A stretch of 44,708 nt of DNA, taken from a virus. Its lineage: Duplodnaviria > Caudoviricetes. Numbering within the stretch: the stretch's first letter is position 1; each line of letters starts with the position of its first letter. This document shows, piece by piece, positions 35,588 to 44,708 of this stretch. Both the position numbers and the translations under genes were made by a program. The stretch is from IMG/VR virus record IMGVR_UViG_3300028392_000106, positions 1-44,708 of that record; one strand, 5' to 3'. The notes under the pieces are model-generated. The model saw only the letters and a program-made list of their open reading frames with translations. It was not told the origin of the DNA and did not search any database.

Positions 35588-36708
35588 TATTCACTTTTTA
35601 CTTTATAATTCTCATTGTATATCTTAATAACTTCATCAAATTCAGAAATAACTCCAGACTTGAATTTATCATTGTCATATTTCTGTTTTAAAATATATTC
35701 TTTGATGTAATCTTCATATTCTAATTGAACAGATATTTCCATTCCATTCTCATCTAACTCAATAGATTCATTTACTTCTTCTCCTTCAACTAACTCTTTT
35801 GTAATATCATCAATATAGTCAACAGAGGCAAAATTACCCTTCTCTAACATCACTTCTAACTTTCTGCGTAGTTTTCTATTACTAATTAAAAGATTGTTTG
35901 ATATAGACAAATCTATGTAGTCTTTGGTATCTTTTAATTCATCTAATCTCTCAATATCATCTTCATTAGAAACACTAAATCTTCTAAATACAGGTGAGTA
36001 TGTATTAGGTACAAAATCAATTTTATCAGTATTTAGGTCAAGTATGGTGATTCCTTTTTGATCACCCATATCATTTCTATCCATTTGCCATAAACTACCT
36101 ATAAACTTAAAATTCTTATTAACTTGTGTAATATGCACATGGCCCGAAAATACCTCTTTATACTTACCAAATTCCTCAACATCTATTTTATCAGCATTTC
36201 TATGAGCAACTGAGTTAAGGTGCATTTTACAACCATTTAAATCGGAGTGACAGAAAAGATAGTCACCTGGATTATTACCAATCTCTTTAATCATTTCAAC
36301 TCTTTTTTCAACCCAAGGCATTAATATTAGGTCTTTATTACCAATTGTTAATTTTGTAGTTTTCTCATAGACTGTTATATTATCACTTATATAACCATAT
36401 ATTCTAACTGAGTTTACTTCATTAGATCCCTTATTAAAAAGATCATGATTACCAACCATTATATGCATTGGTATTATATCAGATATATCTTTTAGAATCT
36501 TTTCTACTTTATTTAAAACATTTATGGGAATACTAGTTCTATTATCAAATAAATCACCTAAGTGAATAAGTATATCTCCTTCTTCAAAGTTATCTTTTAA
36601 ATAGGGTATTAAAAAGTTATAGATTGTGGTTTCCATCATATTCAACCACTTTTCTAAATTATTCAGATATATTCCAAAATGCGTATCTGTTATCATGTAA
36701 ACTCTCAT
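35587..36708 (-). CDS. Recombination endonuclease subunit (T4 gp47/SbcD/Mre11-like metallophosphoesterase)
   Basis: DTHFG, GDLFDNR, GNHD and SGHVH motifs. Confidence 0.92.
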   Translation of the reverse strand: MRVYMITDTHFGIYLNNLEKWLNMMETTIYNFLIPYLKDNFEEGDILIHLGDLFDNRTSIPINVLNKVEKILKDISDIIPMHIMVGNHDLFNKGSNEVNSVRIYGYISDNITVYEKTTKLTIGNKDLILMPWVEKRVEMIKEIGNNPGDYLFCHSDLNGCKMHLNSVAHRNADKIDVEEFGKYKEVFSGHVHITQVNKNFKFIGSLWQMDRNDMGDQKGITILDLNTDKIDFVPNTYSPVFRRFSVSNEDDIERLDELKDTKDYIDLSISNNLLISNRKLRRKLEVMLEKGNFASVDYIDDITKELVEGEEVNESIELDENGMEISVQLEYEDYIKEYILKQKYDNDKFKSGVISEFDEVIKIYNENYKVKSE

Positions 36709-36738
36709 GTAAAATTTTTTATTTTTTATATGAAATTA

Positions 36739-37083
36739 TTATGGTATTGTTTCTTTTCTTCTCGCTTCTCTAGCACATTTTTCACAACCGCTACCAGAGT
36801 ATAAATGAGCATTTGGTGTTTGCTCAAATTCTCCGTGTATTGGACAAACTATTTTAACTTTACTTCTACAATTTTCATAAAGTGTTAGCTCATAGTTGTA
36901 TTTATAGTTATGTTTAATATTTGATTTTTCAACAAAATCTTTGTTTCTCCTATTTCTTCTCCTAAGTGACTTTAATTCTTTTATTATGGCATTTTCTCTT
37001 GACTTGCAATTTTTATTACAAAACCTTCTATCAGGTCTACCCCATTTAATCTCTTTATTACAAAATCTATAGTTACAATTCAT
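36739..37083 (-). CDS. Zn-binding protein with a single DUF723-like repeat (homing-endonuclease remnant or DNA-binding protein)
   Basis: HNYKYNY...IVCPIHGEFEQTPNAHLYSGSGCEKC; no nuclease domain. Confidence 0.65.
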   Translation of the reverse strand: MNCNYRFCNKEIKWGRPDRRFCNKNCKSRENAIIKELKSLRRRNRRNKDFVEKSNIKHNYKYNYELTLYENCRSKVKIVCPIHGEFEQTPNAHLYSGSGCEKCAREARRKETIP

Positions 37084-37196
37084 AATCTATCTATTAAAAA
37101 GTGGAAATGGCATTTTTAACAACATAATTATAATAAATGGAGATAAAGACAATGTGAGTAATAATATATAATTTATAAAAAATAATTAAAAAAGAT

Positions 37197-37814
37197 ATGC
37201 CATTACCACATTTTACGAATATCTCAAACGTAGGTTCACCAGGTGGACCAGGTACGTCACCACAGGAACCAGTATATACTAATTTGTTTGAAATAACATT
37301 TGTATTACCGACTCTATTACAAGCACAAGGTAGAAGTACTTTATTGCTATTAGAAAACGCAACATCGATTGATGTAAACTTAACAGAAGCAATTGAAACT
37401 AAAGAACAAAGATTCAAGTATTCAACTAGAGCTTTTATGGCTGCTGGTCCTGCTAAAACAACTATTGATTTTAAAATTAACTTTCAAGTTAATGTTAATG
37501 CAGGTGGTTCAATGGAGAACTGGAACACATTAAAATCATGGTATGATTTAGTTTGGAATTCTCAAACAGGTTACTTACATTATAAAAGTGATATTATTGG
37601 AACTATTATTGTAAATCAACATGATAAAAAAGGATTTGTTCTTAGAAGAGTAACTTTCCAAAACTGTCAAATTAAATCGGTTGGTGGGGCTGCTCTTAAA
37701 TGGGAAGGTAGTGATATCTGGTCAGTAGATGCTGACTTCATAGCAGATTACTGGATTGATGAATATATTGATAATAACTTCTCTATTAATCCTCCACTTA
37801 TTTCTGGATACTAA
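37197..37814 (+). CDS. Tail tube protein (T4 gp19-like)
   Basis: EPVYTNLFEITF, LKSWYDLVWNSQTG, KGFVLRRVTFQNC; near sheath and baseplate genes. Confidence 0.8.
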   Translation: MPLPHFTNISNVGSPGGPGTSPQEPVYTNLFEITFVLPTLLQAQGRSTLLLLENATSIDVNLTEAIETKEQRFKYSTRAFMAAGPAKTTIDFKINFQVNVNAGGSMENWNTLKSWYDLVWNSQTGYLHYKSDIIGTIIVNQHDKKGFVLRRVTFQNCQIKSVGGAALKWEGSDIWSVDADFIADYWIDEYIDNNFSINPPLISGY

Positions 37815-37833
37815 TAGTAAAAAATACTTAAAT

Positions 37834-37862
37834 AAAAAGAGAGACATTTGTCTCTCTTTTTT
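37834..37862. terminator. Bidirectional intrinsic terminator
   Basis: AAAAAGAGAGACA-TT-TGTCTCTCTTTTT. Confidence 0.85.
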
Positions 37863-38113
37863 TATTTCTTCATACCACTCATCATACTAGAAGCATTTTT
37901 CATCATTGATCCTGGATTAAAGTTAGGCATTCCTGCTTGTTGTTTTTCTTCATCCTTTTTCTTTTGTTTTTCTTCTTCGTCTATGATTTCATTAACTATT
38001 TTAATATTTTCTTCTAATAACCAATAAGGCCATTCATCCATTGAAACTTCTTGTGTATTAAAGTGTTTCTGTAAAAGTAACTTATTCTTTAATATATGCT
38101 TCAAAGGCATCAT
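37862..38113 (-). CDS. Small baseplate-hub/tail assembly protein (gp51-like)
   Basis: Follows the hub gene; MDEWPYW motif then a charged helix. Confidence 0.55.
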   Translation of the reverse strand: MMPLKHILKNKLLLQKHFNTQEVSMDEWPYWLLEENIKIVNEIIDEEEKQKKKDEEKQQAGMPNFNPGSMMKNASSMMSGMKK

Positions 38114-39017
38114 GAATAACGAAAATACCTGACGCTCCGTTGGGAAATGTCATTTCGCTGCGGACCTCCAAACCACAGCTACAAGTCTTTTTTAATTCTT
38201 TTAATCCAAATGTCATTTTACCAACAGCTGCGTTAAGAAATTGAAAAGAAATATCATCTATTCTTTCAAATTCTTGAAGTTTAGCTTTAATACCATCAAT
38301 TGTAATAGAAGACCTACCATTCAACATAAAAGGAATAATTTTTAGGAAAGCCAAATTAGGTGTTCTTTTTTCATTATTTTCTTTAATGATATAATCAGTA
38401 AATGATTTTTGAATACCAATACAAGGTGGTGAGATTTCATAATCTTTACCATTTTGAACTTTGAATTTAAATGATTTTGTTGAAGGGTCAAAAAATCTTT
38501 CTAATTTTTCATCAAATTCATGAAATATAAAATTATCTCTTTTCATTTCAATTTGCATATCATTACCACAAGAACATCTAGCATTAACAGCTAATGAATT
38601 ACCTTGTTGAAATGTTAATTCTCTAATCATAAAGATTAAAAATAAACGGTCTTGATCTTTAATTTCTAAAAATGAAGTAACCTTACCATCAGGATATTTT
38701 AATCTAACACAAGATTGTAACATATCATTCATTTTCTCAACAATATCATAAAAGTTATTATCATCAACCATTGAATATGATTGAATTTCTTTAACCATAG
38801 CTGGTCTAACCATAACAACAGTACCGGTCGGATAATATTTACCACAAGGCATTTCTTTTATATCAAAGTTAAAATAGTGTAAGTCAGTTGATTTGGCTGT
38901 CTCTACAGTAGGTTTAACAAATGGTATATCTGAATTAGATTGCTGATTATCAACACTTTCTAAATGTTTTCTTAGATATTCTTCTTCTGACATATCTTTT
39001 TTATTATTATCACTCAT
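38082..39017 (-). CDS. Baseplate hub assembly protein (T4 gp26-like)
   Basis: MPCGKYYP, VRPAMVKE, DRLFLIFMIRELT, two CSCG motifs; likely start 39017. Confidence 0.7.
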   Translation of the reverse strand: MSDNNKKDMSEEEYLRKHLESVDNQQSNSDIPFVKPTVETAKSTDLHYFNFDIKEMPCGKYYPTGTVVMVRPAMVKEIQSYSMVDDNNFYDIVEKMNDMLQSCVRLKYPDGKVTSFLEIKDQDRLFLIFMIRELTFQQGNSLAVNARCSCGNDMQIEMKRDNFIFHEFDEKLERFFDPSTKSFKFKVQNGKDYEISPPCIGIQKSFTDYIIKENNEKRTPNLAFLKIIPFMLNGRSSITIDGIKAKLQEFERIDDISFQFLNAAVGKMTFGLKELKKTCSCGLEVRSEMTFPNGASGIFVIHDAFEAYIKE

Positions 39018-39093
39018 AGAATTATTATTTTTTTTATATATTAAGCGGTATGCTCTCTCCATTATAGTATAATATTACTAAAAGTTTAAAAAC

Positions 39094-39126
39094 AAAAAAA
39101 CCAGATATTTCTATCTGGTTTTTTTT
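39094..39126. terminator. Intrinsic terminator after the tail sheath gene
   Basis: AAAAAAACCAGATA-TTTC-TATCTGGTTTTTTT. Confidence 0.85.
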
Positions 39127-39139
39127 AAGTATTTAATTA

Positions 39140-42100
39140 TTATCCATTTATAAATCCACCTGCTGAGATTGCTCCGGTTCTGAGTATTGTAATATTATTT
39201 ACAATGATACCCATTCCTTTTATGGGTTCAACATATGTATCCAGCACACCAATTTGATTATCAATAACATCAGGAGTGTTGTTTTCTTCATCAATTTTAT
39301 TGAAGTAGTTGTATAAACCATTTCTACTTACATAAGTTTCACAGATAACATCTGCTCTAAGTTTAATTTCTGCTCTAACATCAGCTGTATTAAATTTCCA
39401 TTGGTAGTCTAATAACATTCTTGATAATTCTCTTTCAAGTTCAATTAACACTTCTCTAACATGAATGTAAGAAAGAGCTGATTTATAAAGTGTTTGAGCT
39501 GTATTTTCAGTCTCAATAACATAACCTCTATTTCTCTTGAACACAATTGGGTTCATTTGAGCTTGATTTAAGAACTCAATATCAGATGGTGTGAAATCCA
39601 TTTCAAGACCGGCGATATTAGTGATTTTACCATTAGTAACACCAGCAGCGATAGTCCAAGGAGTTATTGCTGAGATATTAGATAAGTGCTTTCTCATATA
39701 AGTTGTAGCCGCGAACATAGCTGGCGGAACTTCAACTGGTCTACCATTATCACTAACAGTCATATAAGGTAAGAAGTAACCTACACAAGTTGTACCAGCA
39801 CCATCACCAAATGAGTAAAGGAAAGCTGGACTTGATTCAGGATCACCACCTTTAGAAACATATTCTAACTGAAGAACTCCTTCTGTATTAACAAATGTTG
39901 GAGAGCTTGAGTTTTTGAATGATCTCATTGAAGGCATATTGATGAAACCAAATGCGTCTAATCTATCACCACAAATATCAACTAATTGTTGTTTAGATCT
40001 TTCAGTTAAACCTAGTCCAAATGAATCTATTAAATATCTAAAGTCAATTGCTTCTTTATTTGTAGCTGCCTTGAACAATGGTGTTCCTTTAGCTAACAAG
40101 TTTAATATAGCATTTTGCTTAGCTTCTGTACCATCAGGTAAAGAGTCTTGTCTTACTCTGAATCCTTTAAGTGATAAAGCCTTATAAGTAGACACATAAT
40201 CTTCAATTGAAGTATATCTAAATGTTTGGTAGTCACCACTAAAGTTATAAGTAGCAATTCTAGTATCACAAGTAATTTCAACTAATGAAGTATCAGCTGG
40301 ATATTGTCTCTTTGTTAAAATTCTTGTTAATCTCTTAGGAACTTGACCAACTTGTAATAAAGCAGAATCATAATAAGCTTCTAAGAAATCACCAGCTCTA
40401 ACCTCAGTATATCTAGAACCATTAACAAGAATTTTGTTTGGTACTTGAGTATAACCTGCAGGTATTTCAATTTCAATTGATTGTTTGTAATTACTAATTA
40501 AAGATTGAATATAAATTGTTTGATTGGTATTAACATTAATTAGTTCAAGGCTTGATAATAAAGAATCCGTGAACTTAACATCTAAGTTATTAAGACCATC
40601 TAAGTACATTTTTAAGTAATGCTTAGTAATGTAGTTATAAATAACTGGAACATCAACTAAACTTTCAATTAAAACATTCTCATTAACTCTGAAAGCCCAG
40701 TAACCAGAACCACCATATCCCAAAGTTACAGCTAAAGCAATTGCAGTAGAACCACCACCAGATTTAATTGTAAATGTTCCTTTATTACTTGTAGATGATG
40801 GGATTGATATAATATCATTAATATCTAAATTAGCTAATAATGAACTACCAAATCCAGAAGCTGTACAAGAGAAGACAATATAGTCATTTCCAATTACAGA
40901 AGCTGTCATAGAAGGTGAATCTTCACCAGCGATAAAGATAACATCAGGTAAACCATATCCAGTAGCGGTGGTGTTATACTTCAACTTATCTTCTACTAAG
41001 TTACTCCAGAAGTAATCCTCTGTGTTAACTTTACCAGCATAATAATCAGTATATAATTTAGAGAATTTAGAAACAACACCAGTAGATGATGTTCCTGTAA
41101 GTGAAGCAACTTCATCTTTAGTTTCTATTTGATATTCATTTAGTACAAACTCATCATCAATATTATAGAATAATAAGTATCCATAAGAAATAGCATCAAA
41201 TATATCAACATTATCTAATCCAGTATTAATAACAAATGATTTATTAAGTGCCGAACTTGTAACAACATTACTAACAGTCATATTAGATAATGGTTTTTTA
41301 GTCATTGTACCGGCATCAATAACCATTGTCATTTTATCCTTAGATGAACCATCTAAAGCATCTGTTAATTTACTAAACATTCTAATTTTTCTATATTGTT
41401 CATAGTTTTTAGTACTTGGACTAGCAGCTGTATTTAAAAATTCAACTTTAATTGAACCTGGTGTACTTTGTGTAGCTATGAAATAATCACTTGCTGTTCC
41501 AAAAACTAAATCGACATATCCTGAATTATCAATAAAAACTGGATTATACATAACACTACTTGTCGCAATAATTTGACTTGTTACATCAAAATCCACATAA
41601 CCTAAAACTAAATCACTTGATGAAACAATTGGATTATCAGGAGTTAAAACATTATCAACCATTGATAAGCTACCAGTAGAATCAACAACGAAAGCAACTG
41701 TGTAAGAATCTGTTGTTCCTGAGTTTGGATAACTAGTACCCGATATACTGAATGTTGTTGATAAAATAGATGATGTTACACCAGCTACACCAGCAAGTTG
41801 AACATATTCACCACCAATAACAGCATAAGCATCAGAATCACTAATAAGATTTATATCAAATGATACTAATATAGATTGAGTAGTTGAGGAAGGAGTTGCG
41901 CTTAATGCTAAGTTATAAATATAGTCTTCTGAAAACCAACCAGTTCTATTACCATTTTGAACAGGTCCTGTAGTAGTTGGTGTAAAAGGAGTCGAACTAA
42001 CACTTGAATCATATCTAGAATGTTCATCTAATCTAGATAAACCACTTAACGCTAATACGTTACTTGGTCTATCTAATATAACATTAGAATACTCAACTGA

Positions 42101-43096
42101 TTGACTGATTGTTTCTTTATAAGAAAGATAATCAATTTCAACTGCATCTTGACCAACAATACCATTACCGATAAGGTCAACTAATCCATTTGGATAATCG
42201 CCTTCAAGTAATTCAGAATTGAATGCACAAAAGATACCAGTTTTGTCTGTATCTCTATTGATTGTAGTTTCAATAAATACATTTTTACCATTAGAATCTC
42301 TAAAATATGGAATTAAAGAAAGCCCTTCATAATAAGATAAAAGGGTAACATTTCTGTCATTGGCAAAATTACTAAGTTGTTCTTTTCTTAGACCTTCTGA
42401 GTTAAAGTAAGCACCCCATCTAGTGTCTATAGCCAAATCTTGATAATTTGACCAATCACCACCAACAATAACAACATCAACTAAATAGTCAGATGCATAA
42501 TCAGTTGGATTAACATAAGGAGGCAATTTCTCTTGAGAACCATACCACTCAATTAAAGTTCTATCAAAACCTGTAAGTTTTGACTTAACAATAAATACGG
42601 TAGTATATCTATCAGATAAGTTAGTAATACTCATCACTCTATCATCATAACCAACATTATTTTTAGTTAAGTTAATAAATGATTCAGTGTCTCTTTTCCA
42701 GAATCCGGTAGTATCAAAAAATCTTCTATAAGCTCCTAATCTTTCTACATCATTCATGTAGTTAGAAGCAGCTGATAAAGATTTATATTCTATTTGGTCC
42801 AATGTATCATCTGTCAATAACAGGTTAACTGCATAAACCGATGTTGATTCTAACATTTTAGCAACAGTTCTATGAAAGAAAGAACCCTTTCTCTCTAAAT
42901 TTCTGTCTAACTGACCAAAGATTGATTCTAGATCATTAACATTCTTCAATAATATAGGTGTGTTAACAGGACCTTTCTTAGATACTCCTATAACCATGTT
43001 AGTTAGTCCTTCTACAGTAGGCGAACTTATGATAGAATTATCGAATTCTTCAATAAAGATACCCGGTCTTTTGTATTTTCCAATTTGAATTGCCAT
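39140..43096 (-). CDS. Contractile tail sheath protein (T4 gp18-like), enlarged
   Basis: N-terminal RPGIFIEEFD...KGPVNTP; C-terminal PWTIAAG, MNPIV, SALSYIHVREVLIELE, YVEPIKGM. Confidence 0.92.
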   Translation of the reverse strand: MAIQIGKYKRPGIFIEEFDNSIISSPTVEGLTNMVIGVSKKGPVNTPILLKNVNDLESIFGQLDRNLERKGSFFHRTVAKMLESTSVYAVNLLLTDDTLDQIEYKSLSAASNYMNDVERLGAYRRFFDTTGFWKRDTESFINLTKNNVGYDDRVMSITNLSDRYTTVFIVKSKLTGFDRTLIEWYGSQEKLPPYVNPTDYASDYLVDVVIVGGDWSNYQDLAIDTRWGAYFNSEGLRKEQLSNFANDRNVTLLSYYEGLSLIPYFRDSNGKNVFIETTINRDTDKTGIFCAFNSELLEGDYPNGLVDLIGNGIVGQDAVEIDYLSYKETISQSVEYSNVILDRPSNVLALSGLSRLDEHSRYDSSVSSTPFTPTTTGPVQNGNRTGWFSEDYIYNLALSATPSSTTQSILVSFDINLISDSDAYAVIGGEYVQLAGVAGVTSSILSTTFSISGTSYPNSGTTDSYTVAFVVDSTGSLSMVDNVLTPDNPIVSSSDLVLGYVDFDVTSQIIATSSVMYNPVFIDNSGYVDLVFGTASDYFIATQSTPGSIKVEFLNTAASPSTKNYEQYRKIRMFSKLTDALDGSSKDKMTMVIDAGTMTKKPLSNMTVSNVVTSSALNKSFVINTGLDNVDIFDAISYGYLLFYNIDDEFVLNEYQIETKDEVASLTGTSSTGVVSKFSKLYTDYYAGKVNTEDYFWSNLVEDKLKYNTTATGYGLPDVIFIAGEDSPSMTASVIGNDYIVFSCTASGFGSSLLANLDINDIISIPSSTSNKGTFTIKSGGGSTAIALAVTLGYGGSGYWAFRVNENVLIESLVDVPVIYNYITKHYLKMYLDGLNNLDVKFTDSLLSSLELINVNTNQTIYIQSLISNYKQSIEIEIPAGYTQVPNKILVNGSRYTEVRAGDFLEAYYDSALLQVGQVPKRLTRILTKRQYPADTSLVEITCDTRIATYNFSGDYQTFRYTSIEDYVSTYKALSLKGFRVRQDSLPDGTEAKQNAILNLLAKGTPLFKAATNKEAIDFRYLIDSFGLGLTERSKQQLVDICGDRLDAFGFINMPSMRSFKNSSSPTFVNTEGVLQLEYVSKGGDPESSPAFLYSFGDGAGTTCVGYFLPYMTVSDNGRPVEVPPAMFAATTYMRKHLSNISAITPWTIAAGVTNGKITNIAGLEMDFTPSDIEFLNQAQMNPIVFKRNRGYVIETENTAQTLYKSALSYIHVREVLIELERELSRMLLDYQWKFNTADVRAEIKLRADVICETYVSRNGLYNYFNKIDEENNTPDVIDNQIGVLDTYVEPIKGMGIIVNNITILRTGAISAGGFING

Positions 43097-43156
43097 ATTT
43101 ATTCTTTTATTTTTGTTTTGTTTAGTATATATAAAATATCAAAAATCATATTTTTT

Positions 43157-43711
43157 CTATTTTTGACCTTTAGATAAAGTTTTTATATCATTTTCAACAT
43201 CTTTAATATTTTTTGCCATTTTTTGTTTAAAATCTGAATTTCTTTTATCAATATCTGTTTTTAGTTTATTTATTTCAGATGTTGTTTCAGACTTTTTCCT
43301 ATTTCTATCAGCAATTTGCTGATTTATTTTATCCTTTATATCTTTATTATCCGCAGTATTTGATGATGATGCTAATAAACTCTTATCAGCATTTATATCA
43401 GCCACATCACCTAATATTGAATTTTGTTTTTTCTCTACACTTTCTATATCATTCAAAATCATTTTATAATCATTAGCATACGTATTTACATTTTCAACAC
43501 CTAATAATTCATCAACCTTCTTATTTCTTTCAACCGGATCTTTAATATCCTTATAAAGTCTATCCAAACCAGGCTTTAACTTAGATTCAAATTCTTCTAT
43601 TTCATCTGTTTCAGAATTTAAACTTGTTTTAGCAATTTTTAGATTTGGAGCATCATTTGCCATAATCTCAATTTCTTCCAAAAATGGCAAATATGATTTT
43701 AAGTGTATCAT
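43157..43711 (-). CDS. Coiled-coil hypothetical protein
   Basis: Likely start MIHLKSYLPFLEE at 43711 after AATATATA; heptad-rich C-terminus. Confidence 0.65.
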   Translation of the reverse strand: MIHLKSYLPFLEEIEIMANDAPNLKIAKTSLNSETDEIEEFESKLKPGLDRLYKDIKDPVERNKKVDELLGVENVNTYANDYKMILNDIESVEKKQNSILGDVADINADKSLLASSSNTADNKDIKDKINQQIADRNRKKSETTSEINKLKTDIDKRNSDFKQKMAKNIKDVENDIKTLSKGQK

Positions 43712-43748
43712 ATTATATATATTAATAATTTTTTTGTAAAAAAGAAAA

Positions 43749-44597
43749 TTATAACTTCCAATTAAAGCTTTCAAATGCTTTTATAAGATTACTCCAACCT
43801 ATTACTACCTTATTCATAATAAATTTATTAACCTTATTGTGTGTAACTAGATTAACATATAAAATATGTTCTTTAGACTTAATATTTTCTTTTATTCTAG
43901 TCTTTATATCAGATTCAGTGTTTGATAATAATATTTGTAAAACATCATTTGATTTCTTTGCTAAATTTATAGAACCTATTTCATCATCATAGAAACAAAC
44001 TTCATCATACTCTTCTATTTCTTCTGATGTAAACTTATCACCATCTGTCTTTAATCCTATTAGGTGTTGTAATAAGAGTCTAACTTTCTTATGTGATATA
44101 TTATCCTCATTTCTGTTATAAAATGTCTCAGAGATGAAGTAATAGTTTTTAATAACTAATCCATTATCTTTTAATTTATCCTCTATCTTCTTTATTATAG
44201 ATTCATAGTTTCTTTTGGTATTCTTAGAACAAATTAAATATATGTGATTGTCTGAATTCTTAACATGCATTATATTTTCAATATTAATATCATAATTAAT
44301 ATTTTCAATTAATTCTTTATTCATAAATTCTTGCATTGAAAAAGCCAATTTAGAAATATCAGATTTATTATTTTTACATTTAATCTTAATCTCATTCATT
44401 AAATCAGTTGGTACCCAATAGAAATTACCCGCAAAGTTTATTTTATTACCTTGATTCTTATAGACACCAGATTTAATCAAATTAAAATCAGATTGATTAA
44501 TTCTTAATAAAGGTATATTAGGATTGGATTTATCCACAATCCAAACTTTATTATAAACTGTTAAAATACTATCTATATCGAAAAAATAAGCTCTCAT
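43749..44597 (-). CDS. HAD-like protein
   Basis: N-terminal FFDID and later FYDDE motifs. Confidence 0.55.
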   Translation of the reverse strand: MRAYFFDIDSILTVYNKVWIVDKSNPNIPLLRINQSDFNLIKSGVYKNQGNKINFAGNFYWVPTDLMNEIKIKCKNNKSDISKLAFSMQEFMNKELIENINYDINIENIMHVKNSDNHIYLICSKNTKRNYESIIKKIEDKLKDNGLVIKNYYFISETFYNRNEDNISHKKVRLLLQHLIGLKTDGDKFTSEEIEEYDEVCFYDDEIGSINLAKKSNDVLQILLSNTESDIKTRIKENIKSKEHILYVNLVTHNKVNKFIMNKVVIGWSNLIKAFESFNWKL

Positions 44598-44616
44598 TAA
44601 TGTATATATTAAAAAG

Positions 44617-44644
44617 AAAACCCATCATTTTGTGATGGGTTTTT
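44617..44644. terminator. Intrinsic terminator
   Basis: AAAACCCATCA-TTTTG-TGATGGGTTTT; stem related to the 35553 terminator. Confidence 0.8.
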
Positions 44645-44647
44645 AAT

Positions 44648-44707
44648 TTATTTTCTTATCATATCTCTACTTACTGCAAAGTTATACAGTATTGGTAGAT
44701 TCAAGTA
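44648..44707 (-). CDS. 3' end of a gene running in from beyond the window
   Basis: Open frame YLNLPILYNFAVSRDMIRK* ending at the terminator. Confidence 0.45.
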   Translation of the reverse strand, partial: YLNLPILYNFAVSRDMIRK

Positions 44708-44708
44708 T

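Noticed and set aside
34441-43476. ORFs 34441..34746, 37094..37417, 39915..40187 and 43279..43476
   Set aside because: Antisense shadows of better-supported genes
1-44708. Alternative genetic code, tRNA or rRNA genes
   Set aside because: Genes are full length in code 11 and use TAA, TAG and TGA as stops; no cloverleaf or rRNA-like segment was seen in the short intergenic gaps

Overview
This window is very AT-rich, gene-dense DNA from a large T4-superfamily-like (jumbo-type) myophage. It encodes a tail sheath, tail tube, baseplate hub, tape-measure-like protein, gp47-like nuclease, the N-terminal part of a split family-B DNA polymerase, ThyA, an Fpg/Nei glycosylase, glycosyltransferases and homing-endonuclease-like genes. 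The lack of Shine-Dalgarno motifs hints at a Bacteroidota-type host (inference). The most notable structure is a compact integron-like locus at about 8531-10572. It consists of a tyrosine recombinase lacking the canonical IntI insertion, a candidate attI (G/TT at 9380) and two attC-like hairpins (10163-10256, 10489-10572). The hairpins share a fold and have compensatory base changes. The first cassette's ends are mutually complementary, as expected for an excisable circle, and its gene is reverse-oriented with its own phage promoter. The locus is bracketed by a diverged duplication of the 5' end of a DUF4326 gene. Other recurring signals are a WATATATA promoter-like motif, an N-terminal capsid-targeting-like peptide on about nine proteins, a short R-D-x-K-I-x-x-(I/L) tag, and two stand-alone fragments resembling the major capsid protein. 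All product calls come from motif recognition by eye; no database search was run.
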